A stretch of 30,874 nucleotides of DNA from a virus, in IMG/VR virus record IMGVR_UViG_3300045988_027766, positions 1-30,874 of that record, one strand, 5' to 3'. A program made the position numbers and the translations under genes. The notes under the pieces are model-generated. The model did no database searches. It saw nothing but the letters and a program-made list of their open reading frames with translations, and had not been told where the DNA came from. Positions 8,458 through 16,336 of the stretch are shown here, in pieces (the first letter of the stretch is position 1; the number at the start of each line of letters is the position of its first letter).

Positions 8458-10509
8458 ATGGCGGATAGCACCCTCACTCTCGACGCTGAAATTAACACTT
8501 CCGATTGGGAAGCCGGTGTTAAGACCATACAGTCAGGCAGTCGCCAAATAGAAGCATCGGCACGCCAGGCAGGTGAAGGCATGGACGAAATCGACAAGTC
8601 CTCTGCCAAGGCTTCCGGCGGTACCGGTAAATTCGCTGCCATCGCCGGGGCCATGGGTGGTCTCGTGTCTACCGGCGTCAGTATGGCCATAGACGCGATT
8701 TCGGATCTTAGCGGCGATATCATCGAAGCTTCAGATTCGGCTCAGAAGTTCGCGAGCACTTTGAGTTTTGCCGGCTTGGACACGGGCACGATCGACCGGC
8801 TTACCGCTTCGACTCAGAAGTATGCGGATCAGACTGTGTACGACCTGTCAGACATTCGTAACACGACCGCACAGTTGGCTGCGAACGGTGTCGACGGGTA
8901 TGCTGAATTGGCGGAAGCCGCCGGTAACCTGAACGCCGTGGCCGGAGGTAACGCGGACACGTTCAGAAGCGTTGGCATGGTGTTGACCCAGACGGCCGGT
9001 GCAGGCAAGCTCACTACCGAAAACTGGAACCAGCTGAGTGACGCGATTCCGGGCGCTTCAGGCAAGCTTCAGGAAGCCATGAAGCAGAACGGGGCTTATA
9101 CGGGTGATTTCCGTGACGCGATGGCCAAGGGTGAGATCACCGCCGAGGAATTCAACAAGGCCGTCATGGATTTGGGTATGACCGACGCGGCGAAGGAAGC
9201 AGCGACCAGTACCAGCACTATCGAGGGTGCGATGGGTAATTTGGAAGCGTCCGTCGTGAACGTGGGCGTGCAACTCTTGGACTCGTTCAAAGGCCCGTTG
9301 ACGGAGGGTATGAGCGTGTTTGCGGAGGGTATCAGTAGCTTGCCTCAAGCGTTTAAGAGCATGATGGGGTCGATCACGCCGACATTGCAACGGTTGGGGA
9401 GCGTGTTCCAGTCTTCTTTCGTTCCGGTGGGGCAGGCTATCTCCGGTAAACTGCTCCCGGCCTTGCAGCCTTTCATGCAAGCCTTGCAACATCTTGGCAG
9501 TGCGATCATGCCTATTCTGGAGGCCGCTTTCGAAGCTTTAATGCCGGTTCTTGGTTCGCTTGTAACGGCCATCACACAGGTCGGAGGCACTATCATGAGT
9601 GCTCTCACACCGGTCATCAATAATCTGGCCATGGTTTTCCAAACAGTCCTACCGGTGATTCAACAGCAATTCCAAGTGTGGGGAACTGAAATCCAGAACA
9701 TTATCAACGCAGTGTTTCCTTTCATTCAGACGGTGATCACCACGGTAATGACTATTATCAACGGCATCATCACTACCGTATTGGCGGCTTTGCAAGGCAA
9801 CTGGAATGGTGTTTGGACAGGAATCCAGAACATTGCGGTCAGAGTATGGAATGGTATTCAGAATATTGTGACGGCTGGCGTGAACGCTGTTTCCGGTGTC
9901 GTCTCATCCGTCATGAACGCCGTTAGTAGCACATGGTCAGGCTTGTGGAATACGGTGAAAAGCATTGCCGGCAGTGCGTGGAATGGTATCACTAGTGCAG
10001 TCCGTAATGGTGTCAACAGTGTGGCGAATACGGTCAATGGTATCGGAGGTAAGATCAGGAGCGCGTTCAGTGGGGCAGGCTCATGGCTCGTCTCGGCTGG
10101 CAATAATATCATCCAGGGTTTGATAAACGGTATCAAAGGTGCCATCGGTAATGCGGTTGCAGCGGTCAAGGGTGCTGCTTCCAGTATCGTGAACGCGGCG
10201 AAGGGTGCGCTTGGCATTCATTCCCCGTCTCGCGTGTTCCGTGATGAGGTAGGCAGGATGATCCCCGCCGGCTTGGGCAAGGGCGTGGAAGCGAACATGA
10301 GTTTGGCTGTGAATCCTGTCCAACGCATGGTTGCGGATATCATGCCGAATAGTCTATTGCGTGGGCCGGCGAGTCTTCCCGTCTCGTCCCCGGTCGTCGC
10401 GAATGCGAATGGTGGGACTAGGGTATCGGCTCCGATCACGGTGAACGCGTTGGATCCGATGGCGGCCGCCAGGGAGACGGTACGCATGATTAATTTCGCT
10501 TACGTGTGA
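8458..10509 (+). CDS. tape measure protein
   Basis: 683 aa. It has a tape-measure core (..DLSDIRNTTAQLAANGV..TENWNQLSDAIPGASGKLQEAM..), periodic W/G-rich repeats (WNGVWTGIQNI, VWNGIQNIV, TWSGLWNTV, AWNGITSAV) and GIHSPSRVF near the C-terminus. Confidence 0.85.
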   Translation: MADSTLTLDAEINTSDWEAGVKTIQSGSRQIEASARQAGEGMDEIDKSSAKASGGTGKFAAIAGAMGGLVSTGVSMAIDAISDLSGDIIEASDSAQKFASTLSFAGLDTGTIDRLTASTQKYADQTVYDLSDIRNTTAQLAANGVDGYAELAEAAGNLNAVAGGNADTFRSVGMVLTQTAGAGKLTTENWNQLSDAIPGASGKLQEAMKQNGAYTGDFRDAMAKGEITAEEFNKAVMDLGMTDAAKEAATSTSTIEGAMGNLEASVVNVGVQLLDSFKGPLTEGMSVFAEGISSLPQAFKSMMGSITPTLQRLGSVFQSSFVPVGQAISGKLLPALQPFMQALQHLGSAIMPILEAAFEALMPVLGSLVTAITQVGGTIMSALTPVINNLAMVFQTVLPVIQQQFQVWGTEIQNIINAVFPFIQTVITTVMTIINGIITTVLAALQGNWNGVWTGIQNIAVRVWNGIQNIVTAGVNAVSGVVSSVMNAVSSTWSGLWNTVKSIAGSAWNGITSAVRNGVNSVANTVNGIGGKIRSAFSGAGSWLVSAGNNIIQGLINGIKGAIGNAVAAVKGAASSIVNAAKGALGIHSPSRVFRDEVGRMIPAGLGKGVEANMSLAVNPVQRMVADIMPNSLLRGPASLPVSSPVVANANGGTRVSAPITVNALDPMAAARETVRMINFAYV

Positions 10510-10528
10510 TAGGAGGTAGTCTGAATTC

Positions 10529-11419
10529 ATGAGCATTTTTACTTTGGATTCGCGTGATATCCGATTGACGTTGAATGGTTTCCCCTTGTATGGGGTGGAT
10601 GATAATGGTTGTGAATGGCATGTGACTTTTCAGGACGTGTCTGGCTTGTTCGACGGTGTGGCGTCCACGTTGAAAACGAGCGAGAAGGCCATGACCGATG
10701 GCTGGTATGGTAATCTGCCCCGCTTGCAAGGCCGTACCATCACCATTGAGGGTCATATTATCGGCCGGTGTACGGAGTCGTGTGTCAGCTCGTGGAATGC
10801 GTTCAAAAGCGTTCTGGATCCTCTTGGGATGATGCTGGTCGCCCGTTTGGGTGATATCAGCCGTCAAACGCAGGTGTTGCAGTCGACGTCCGCTCCCGTG
10901 GTCAAATGGGCTGGGGTGAACATGCTCCGGTTCAGTATTGGATTGACGTCCTTGAGTCCCTACTTGTATGGTTTGGAGCCTGTGTCCGGGTCTTCCAATC
11001 TGCCGAAAACGTCGGGTGGTATGGTATTCCCTTACGGGTTCGGGGAGAATGGTGTCTCATTGTCGTCCTGGACGTGGAGTGAGAATGTCGTGTCTGGTTG
11101 TGTGAACTTGTCTAACGTGGGTACGGCTCCCAGTCCGGTGGTGATTCGTATCGACGGGCCGGTCGTCAACCCGCAGGTATCGCATGTCGGGAGTGGTCAT
11201 GTCATTGCTTTTGACATGAGTCTTGGAACAAACCATTATGTGACCGTTAACGGGTTGACGCATGAGATCCTGGTTGACGGTACGGATCCTGCGCGTGGCC
11301 GTGTCGTCCGTCGTGAGTGGAGTCAGGCGGAACCCGGGTTGAATGGTTGGGCTTTCAGCGCTGCCGTATATTCGAATACGGCTTGTATGACGGTTTCGTT
11401 TTATCCGGCTTACGTGTGA
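10529..11419 (+). CDS. distal tail protein (Dit) candidate
   Basis: 296 aa with RBS AGGAGG. It is the first gene after the tape measure. Confidence 0.55.
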   Translation: MSIFTLDSRDIRLTLNGFPLYGVDDNGCEWHVTFQDVSGLFDGVASTLKTSEKAMTDGWYGNLPRLQGRTITIEGHIIGRCTESCVSSWNAFKSVLDPLGMMLVARLGDISRQTQVLQSTSAPVVKWAGVNMLRFSIGLTSLSPYLYGLEPVSGSSNLPKTSGGMVFPYGFGENGVSLSSWTWSENVVSGCVNLSNVGTAPSPVVIRIDGPVVNPQVSHVGSGHVIAFDMSLGTNHYVTVNGLTHEILVDGTDPARGRVVRREWSQAEPGLNGWAFSAAVYSNTACMTVSFYPAYV

Positions 11420-11429
11420 GGGGATTGTC

Positions 11430-12536
11430 ATGGGTTCTTATGGTGAATGGTTTGGATCGTCTTCTTCGTATAATGGCCGTGTCTTGTGGAATACGGCTGG
11501 TTTTCAGTTCCTTGCCGTGTCTTTGACTAGTGGGATCGTGTTGGCGGAGTTTCCGGACTTGCAGGTTTCCAAGCTTTCGTATCGTTTCGAGGAGACGACG
11601 AGTGAGACGGTGATGCTTCCGTGGCGTAATATTCCGTCCAATTGGGGTGAGGCTACGATCCCGTATGCTGTGGCGATTCTCCTGGTTCGCGGTTCGACGG
11701 TGTTATGGGGGGGTATTGTCGTTAAACGTGAACGGACGTTGCAAGGCGAGGGGTTGACGCTCACGTTGGCGACCGTTGAACATTATTTCGATAGCGTGTG
11801 TGTGAAGGATCATGTTTATTCCGCTTGGGGGCAGACTTGGATCGTGAAGGATCTCGTGACGTCTACGCTTAAGGATCACCGGTTCGTGTTCGATGTGAAG
11901 ACGGATCATAGTCTCATTACGCGTGATAGGACGTATACGGAGTCTTCCTATAAGACGTTGTTGAGTGTTCTTCAGGAGTTGTCGAATGTTCAGAACGGCC
12001 CGGAATGGTGTACGTCTTGGAAGGCTGATGGGGGTAGGTATGTGCCGGTTGTGACGGTTGCGGATAGGATAGGTTCCGTCACTCCGGTTACGACGTTTGA
12101 TGAGAGCGTGATGACGTCTTTCAAGGTTTTGGAGGATTATACGGCCGGCTATGGTGCGAACAGTGTCGTAGCGGTCGGAGCTTCGACTGATGAGAATCAG
12201 TTGCGTTCCGATGTGATGGTGGCTGATCAGTCTTACCGGCCTGTCGTGGAGCATGTGATCCGGCCGTCGTCGAGTGTTACGCGGAAGGAAACGTTGAACG
12301 CTCACGCTTCCTCTTCGTTGCGGCAATTGCAGGATGGTACGAATACTGTTGCCATGACGTTGAGTTTGATGGCCGCTCCGATGATTTACGAGGAGTGGAG
12401 GCCTGGGGATACCGTCGCGTGGACTGTTGCCGATGATGCTGGCCGGTTCGCTGGTTTCGCCCGTGGTGAGGCGCGTGTGGTCGGATATGATATTGATTTT
12501 AGTGGCGTGTGGACTATCACGCCTGTATTGCAGTAG
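11430..12536 (+). CDS. tail tip / Tal-like baseplate hub candidate
   Basis: 368 aa. It is the second gene after the tape measure. The call rests on synteny only. Confidence 0.45.
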   Translation: MGSYGEWFGSSSSYNGRVLWNTAGFQFLAVSLTSGIVLAEFPDLQVSKLSYRFEETTSETVMLPWRNIPSNWGEATIPYAVAILLVRGSTVLWGGIVVKRERTLQGEGLTLTLATVEHYFDSVCVKDHVYSAWGQTWIVKDLVTSTLKDHRFVFDVKTDHSLITRDRTYTESSYKTLLSVLQELSNVQNGPEWCTSWKADGGRYVPVVTVADRIGSVTPVTTFDESVMTSFKVLEDYTAGYGANSVVAVGASTDENQLRSDVMVADQSYRPVVEHVIRPSSSVTRKETLNAHASSSLRQLQDGTNTVAMTLSLMAAPMIYEEWRPGDTVAWTVADDAGRFAGFARGEARVVGYDIDFSGVWTITPVLQ

Positions 12537-12547
12537 GAAGGATTGTG

Positions 12548-13243
12548 ATGCAAGGCAAGTTCAGGTTTTCGCTTGATGGGGTAGATGCTACGGCCCGTCA
12601 GTTTGCGGAGGCTCGCCGACAGTTGGGGGAGTTGTCGTCGAGTGTCGGTGAGGCTGTTAGCCGATTGGGCGAGCGTATTACCTCCGTTGAGGATGGTCTG
12701 GCCTCGTTGGCTACTAAGTCGAGTCAGGCGGATGTTGATGTGGTTGATATGGTGGTTGTGCCTTCCCATGGTGGTACCGGGGTTCGGAACGTGTGTGATA
12801 ATCCGCTTTCCTTGGCTCCGAGAAGGCCGGTTTATTGTCTTTATGATGGTATGTTGGGGGTTGATTGTTCGTCGGTGTCTTCGGTGGTGGATGCCAGTGA
12901 TGCTGACGGGTTCATTCCTTTGGATGCTCTCCGTCGGGTGAAATGGAAGGTGTATTTTCTGAAGGATGACCTGAATCTGAGGATTGATGACGCGCAGCCG
13001 GTTGTCGGACTGGTAGCTGAGGATTTGGATGGTGCGGGGCTTGGTTTCTTCTGTGAATATGATAATGATGGGAATCCGGTCGGCGTTGACTATTCGAGGT
13101 TGAGTGTGGCTGCTTTACGGTTGGCTCAGCAGGTTATGGATGAGGTGGACGGGCTTAGGGCGGAGGTTTCCCGGCTTTCTTCCGTAGTAGGTAAAATGGG
13201 TGTGTCCACGTCTAAAGAATTGATTGTGAGGAATGATTCATGA
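12548..13243 (+). CDS. tail fibre with coiled-coil N-terminus and C-terminal intramolecular chaperone (peptidase S74-like) domain
   Basis: ATG 12548 follows AGGAAGGA (the track ORF starts at 12509). The N-terminal part is heptad-like. The C-terminus ..ASDADGFIPLDAL..VVGLVAEDLDG..VGVDYSRLSVAALRLAQQVMDEVDGLRAEVSRL resembles the endosialidase-chaperone domain. Confidence 0.55.
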   Translation: MQGKFRFSLDGVDATARQFAEARRQLGELSSSVGEAVSRLGERITSVEDGLASLATKSSQADVDVVDMVVVPSHGGTGVRNVCDNPLSLAPRRPVYCLYDGMLGVDCSSVSSVVDASDADGFIPLDALRRVKWKVYFLKDDLNLRIDDAQPVVGLVAEDLDGAGLGFFCEYDNDGNPVGVDYSRLSVAALRLAQQVMDEVDGLRAEVSRLSSVVGKMGVSTSKELIVRNDS

Positions 13244-14145
13244 CTGATATTGTATTGCATCCTTTGACTGCGTTGAACGGGCTTCCGGCTTATACTGCCG
13301 ATGATTACCGGCGTGTTGTCAACCCGTTCATGTTTCCGTCTAGCGGTGGTGCCTTTAATTGTGTTAAGGGTGTCCGGGTTGGCAGTCCTAGCCCGTTGGT
13401 GACGATCGACGGGTTGACTGTTACCGTTAAGCCTCATTGTGGGACTGTGAGCCCGTGGGCGGAGTCTGGCTCGTACACGTATGCTATTACGGAGCCTATG
13501 ACGGTGAAGGTGGCTGATTCGACGGGTGATTATAAGATCGTGGTCGCCGTTTATGATCCGAGTTTGTCTCATGGTGAGACTCCTGGCGCGTGGTTGCAGT
13601 CGTGGCCGGCCAGTACTCCGGATTCGGAGATCAATGGTTTGGTTGTGGCTAGGGTTACCGCTGGTGTCGTGTCTGATGTGGCTTCGAGGATTTATCCTGA
13701 TGGCACGGTTGAGGTTCAGAATCAGTCTCAGTTGAATGATGTTTCTAAGGTGGAGGGTCAGGAGGTCGTCGTCAGGGCGAATGGTCACCGGTATCGTCGT
13801 ATTAAGGGGGTTTGGTGTCCGTTGGACGATATTAGGCTTAACGCGGGTCAGTGGTATAAGGATTGGTCGATATGGTATAAGTGTTCTATGGCCGGCAATA
13901 TCGTCAGTCTTATGGTCAAGGCGACGAGGGGCCCTGAGTGGAAGGCTGCCGCGTGGTCGAAGAGTCAGATTCTCACGTTTCCGGATTATGTGAAGCCGAA
14001 CGTGACTGATCTTAACGTTCCGGCGTCCGGTGTTGAATATAGTGGTTTCCAGTTGGATCAGACTGGCTTATATGTGAGGCCTTTCAAGGATATCACGTAT
14101 GGGAAGGGTGCGTGGTCTTCTGCGACCATTTCGTGGTCGGTCTGA
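13240..14145 (+). CDS. minor tail / receptor-binding protein candidate
   Basis: 301 aa in an ATGA overlap with the fibre gene. It is the last structural gene before a terminator. Confidence 0.4.
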   Translation: MTDIVLHPLTALNGLPAYTADDYRRVVNPFMFPSSGGAFNCVKGVRVGSPSPLVTIDGLTVTVKPHCGTVSPWAESGSYTYAITEPMTVKVADSTGDYKIVVAVYDPSLSHGETPGAWLQSWPASTPDSEINGLVVARVTAGVVSDVASRIYPDGTVEVQNQSQLNDVSKVEGQEVVVRANGHRYRRIKGVWCPLDDIRLNAGQWYKDWSIWYKCSMAGNIVSLMVKATRGPEWKAAAWSKSQILTFPDYVKPNVTDLNVPASGVEYSGFQLDQTGLYVRPFKDITYGKGAWSSATISWSV

Positions 14146-14152
14146 TATGCGG

Positions 14153-14181
14153 AAGCCCCGGTTGATTGGCCGGGGCTTTTT
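14153..14181 (+). terminator. rho-independent terminator after the tail genes
   Basis: Stem aagccccgg / ccggggctt with an 8-nt loop, followed by ttttt. Confidence 0.7.
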
Positions 14182-14196
14182 CGTATCGTTTTTTGG

Positions 14197-14544
14197 TTAG
14201 AGTGGGCAGATGCGGGTGCGGAGTTCGTCGGGGAGGCTTGGTTTCGGGTGGCGGGTGAGGAATTCCTTGTCTTCGATGATTTCGCAGAATTGTGCTAGCC
14301 AGTGGCCTAGTCTGCGGATGTAGCCGGTTTCCATGTCGTTGATGTGTTGGAGTTCGTCGCGGCTTTCGATGAGTTTGTCGATTTTTTCGTCTTGTGCGTC
14401 TATTTGTTTTTTGAGTTCGCCTTGGGCTTCGACGAGGTGTTGGTAGGCGGTGGTGAGGTTGTTGCGTCGGGAGGTGAGCCATGTGATGGTGCTGCCTGCT
14501 GCGATGCCGGCGAGTCCGATGAGGGATGTGATTAGTTCGGTCAT
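14197..14544 (-). CDS. N-terminally membrane-anchored coiled-coil protein, opposite strand to the late operon (moron-like)
   Basis: Internal ATG at 14544 of track ORF 14197..14652 gives 115 aa. The product is MTELITSLIGLAGIAAGSTITWL (TM) followed by a heptad-rich segment EAQGELKKQIDAQDEKIDKLIESRDEL. TAGACT lies 7 nt before this ATG. Confidence 0.5.
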   Translation of the reverse strand: MTELITSLIGLAGIAAGSTITWLTSRRNNLTTAYQHLVEAQGELKKQIDAQDEKIDKLIESRDELQHINDMETGYIRRLGHWLAQFCEIIEDKEFLTRHPKPSLPDELRTRICPL

Positions 14545-14572
14545 AAGATTAAGTCTACCGTAGGCTGTTTTT

Positions 14573-14581
14573 TGATATGCT
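14573..14581 (+). promoter_or_regulatory. extended -10 promoter TGaTATGCT for the lysis cassette
   Basis: The TGnTATGCT element ends 6 nt before ATG 14588, and no SD fits in that gap. The same element type occurs at 23817-23825 (minus). Confidence 0.45.
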
Positions 14582-14587
14582 GGTGGC

Positions 14588-14737
14588 ATGAGTCGTGAAG
14601 CTATCGAGGGTATCGTGTTGATACTCTTGTCGTCGTTTCTTATTGGCGTCATGGTGGTGGCTGGCTTTCTGCTTGTCGCTGGTATGCCGTCTTTCGCCCG
14701 TTTTCTGTTTACTGTCTGGTATGTTTTGACTGTCTGA
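14588..14737 (+). CDS. small two-TM membrane protein (49 aa), holin/antiholin candidate
   Basis: MSREAIEGIVLILLSSFLIGVMVVAGFLLVAGMPSFARFLFTVWYVLTV has two hydrophobic spans. It ends 11 nt before the endolysin start. It is below the ORF-track cutoff. Confidence 0.5.
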   Translation: MSREAIEGIVLILLSSFLIGVMVVAGFLLVAGMPSFARFLFTVWYVLTV

Positions 14738-14748
14738 AAGGAGACAAA

Positions 14749-15591
14749 ATGTCATATGAATACATTACGAAGTATGATAGTCCGAATTATACGAGTGGTC
14801 GCCCGTATGGGATCAAGTATATTGTGATCCACTGGTGGGGTGATCCGAATACGCATCCGACGTTCGAGGGTGTGGTCAATACCTTGTGTAGTAAGGCTCG
14901 TGGCGCGTCCGCGCATTATGTGGTCGAGGCTGGCCGTGTGGCTTGCATCGTGGATCCGGATGATCGTGCCTGGCATGCCGGTGATGGTGTCGGCGTCCGT
15001 TCGAGGGGCAATGACATGGGTATCGGTATCGAATGCAATCCACGCCAGTCCGATGGTGATTATCTGACGGTCGCGCAGTTGATTCGTGATTTGCGTGCCG
15101 AGTATGGTGACCTGCCGTTGATCCGTCACCGGGACTGCTATAACACGCAGTGTCCGGGCTCGTATGATTTGGATCGTTTGGATCGTTTGTCCCGTGGGTT
15201 GGTGGCTCCGTCTAATCCGGTGCCTGTCCAGCCGGCTACGCAGTCGGTGACCAGGCTTGAGGTTGATGGGTCTTGGGGGCCGTTGACTATGCGTCGTGCT
15301 CAGGAGGTTGCCGGCACGACTGTGGATGGTGTCATGTCCGGGCAGATCCGTTGTTTGGAGAATCGGAATATCGCCTGCTTGGAGGAGGGTGCTTCCGGTA
15401 GTGATTGGGTTGAGTGGATGTCGCATCGTTTCGGTATTACGGATAGGCCTCGTAATGCCGGCCCGGAGTTCATTCACCGTTTCCTGATGGAGATGAACGG
15501 TTTCCCGGGTGATGGTATTATCAGTCCTGCACCGAGTATGGCCGTGAAGGAGTTCCAGAAGCGGCTTAACGATGGCCGGATTTTCAACTGA
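14749..15591 (+). CDS. endolysin: N-acetylmuramoyl-L-alanine amidase (Amidase_2/PGRP fold) with C-terminal wall-binding repeats
   Basis: RBS AAGGAG. The N-terminus reads YDSPNYTSGRPYGIKYIVIHWWGDP...AHYVV...AWHAG. The C-terminal half has VDGSWGPLTMRRAQ- and GFPGDGIISP..AVKEFQKRLN-type repeats. Confidence 0.85.
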   Translation: MSYEYITKYDSPNYTSGRPYGIKYIVIHWWGDPNTHPTFEGVVNTLCSKARGASAHYVVEAGRVACIVDPDDRAWHAGDGVGVRSRGNDMGIGIECNPRQSDGDYLTVAQLIRDLRAEYGDLPLIRHRDCYNTQCPGSYDLDRLDRLSRGLVAPSNPVPVQPATQSVTRLEVDGSWGPLTMRRAQEVAGTTVDGVMSGQIRCLENRNIACLEEGASGSDWVEWMSHRFGITDRPRNAGPEFIHRFLMEMNGFPGDGIISPAPSMAVKEFQKRLNDGRIFN

Positions 15592-15606
15592 TTGAAAGGA
15601 TTGTTT

Positions 15607-15906
15607 ATGGCTAAGCATGCAGTGTTGGCTGATGATGAGCTGACTGGTGAGCCGACGGCTGATACCGCTATTACGAATGAGTGTGCGGATGGTTCGGACA
15701 ATTATGTGCCTACGTTTGATGCGGAGACGCGTCGTTGGGCGTATTTGGTGTCTGGTCTGGTGGGTATTGCCGGTGCTGTGGCGAGCCTTGTGAGTGCGGT
15801 GCCTGGTGTTCCGTCGTGGGTTGCTGTGGTTGGTGGTGCTTGCGCGCTGGCTGGTTCCGGTGTGGCTGGCTTGTTCGGCGTGCATTATGCCGGTGTGAGC
15901 CGCTAG
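15607..15906 (+). CDS. holin (two C-terminal TM helices)
   Basis: ATG 15607 follows AAAGGA (the track ORF starts at 15592). The 99-aa product has an acidic N-terminus, then WAYLVSGLVGIAGAVASLVSAV and WVAVVGGACALAGSGVAGLFGV. Confidence 0.65.
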   Translation: MAKHAVLADDELTGEPTADTAITNECADGSDNYVPTFDAETRRWAYLVSGLVGIAGAVASLVSAVPGVPSWVAVVGGACALAGSGVAGLFGVHYAGVSR

Positions 15907-15921
15907 TATCCTCTGGTATGT

Positions 15922-15967
15922 AAAACGCCCCGTGTTCGGCTTGTTCGGCCGTCTGCGGGGCGTTTTT
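15922..15967. terminator. rho-independent terminator ending the late operon; also faces the minus-strand repeat RNA
   Basis: aaaacgccccg ... cggggcgttttt: an 11-bp GC-rich stem with T5 on the + strand. On the minus strand only TTTT follows, and it is part of the stem. Confidence 0.75.
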
Positions 15968-15993
15968 GTATGGTCTGGGGGTTGTTTCAGGTG

Positions 15994-16026
15994 ATTTCAA
16001 TCCACGTTCTCCGTGAGGAGAGTGAC
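15994..16026 (-). CRISPR. solitary type I-C-like CRISPR repeat unit (single copy, no cas genes, no array)
   Basis: The minus strand reads GTCACTCTCCTCACGGAGAACGTGGATTGAAAT. It has the 5' GTC.C, an internal hairpin (TCTCC-TCAC-GGAGA) and the 3' CGTGGATTGAAAT hallmark of I-C repeats as I recall them. Confidence 0.7.
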
Positions 16027-16033
16027 TATGTTT

Positions 16034-16042
16034 AATATAACA
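16034..16042 (-). promoter_or_regulatory. extended -10 promoter TGtTATATT driving the solitary repeat
   Basis: Minus strand reads catgTTATATTaaacata. The same TGnTATATTAAACATA element is found at 19347->19332. Confidence 0.55.
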
Positions 16043-16046
16043 TGAT

Positions 16047-16076
16047 ACGGCGTGTCGTACGAATGCGGCACGCCGT
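16047..16076 (-). terminator. hairpin ending the leftward early operon; contains CGGCGTGTC box and its inverted variant
   Basis: acggcgtgtcg / cggcacgccgt forms an 11-bp stem with 1 mismatch and an 8-nt loop, 10 nt beyond the stop of 16087..16335. Confidence 0.55.
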
Positions 16077-16086
16077 GTTTTCACTG

Positions 16087-16335
16087 TCAGTCGAAGACTT
16101 CGCGGCCTTCCTTGGTTATCTGCCATCTCCAGCAGGGGCGGCCGTATCGGCTGATGCCGGCCCTGTCGACGCGTTGGACGAGTCCTTTGCGTTCGAGTTC
16201 AACCAGGCGGCTTCTCAGGCTTTGCGGCGTGTCCTGGAATCCGATTGCCGTGGCTTTTTCGGTCAACCGTTCCTGTGTCATCGGCTTACTGGCGGTGTAG
16301 AGGATCGTGAGCGCATGGAGTTTTGGAATGTCCAT
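16087..16335 (-). CDS. winged-helix (MarR/PadR-like) DNA-binding protein
   Basis: 82 aa; ..LTILYTASKPMTQERLTEKA....LRSRLVELERKGLVQRVD..GRPCWRWQITKEG is a typical wHTH layout. Confidence 0.6.
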   Translation of the reverse strand: MDIPKLHALTILYTASKPMTQERLTEKATAIGFQDTPQSLRSRLVELERKGLVQRVDRAGISRYGRPCWRWQITKEGREVFD

Positions 16336-16336
16336 T

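Larger units (their letters stand above)
15921..16027 (-). ncRNA. predicted ~105-nt repeat-containing RNA (RNA anti-CRISPR / single-repeat mini-array candidate)
   Basis: An extended -10 element ends 7 nt before the first repeat base. After the 33-nt repeat come 26 nt of unique sequence, then the hairpin 15967->15922. There is no ORF. Confidence 0.5.

Noticed and set aside
14555-14755. 66-aa minus-strand ORF, and the long form (14197..14652) of the moron gene.
   Set aside because: The 66-aa ORF is antisense to the hydrophobic 49-aa ORF and spans the endolysin SD. The extra 36 N-terminal codons of the long form lack an SD and precede the obvious TM-helix start at 14544.
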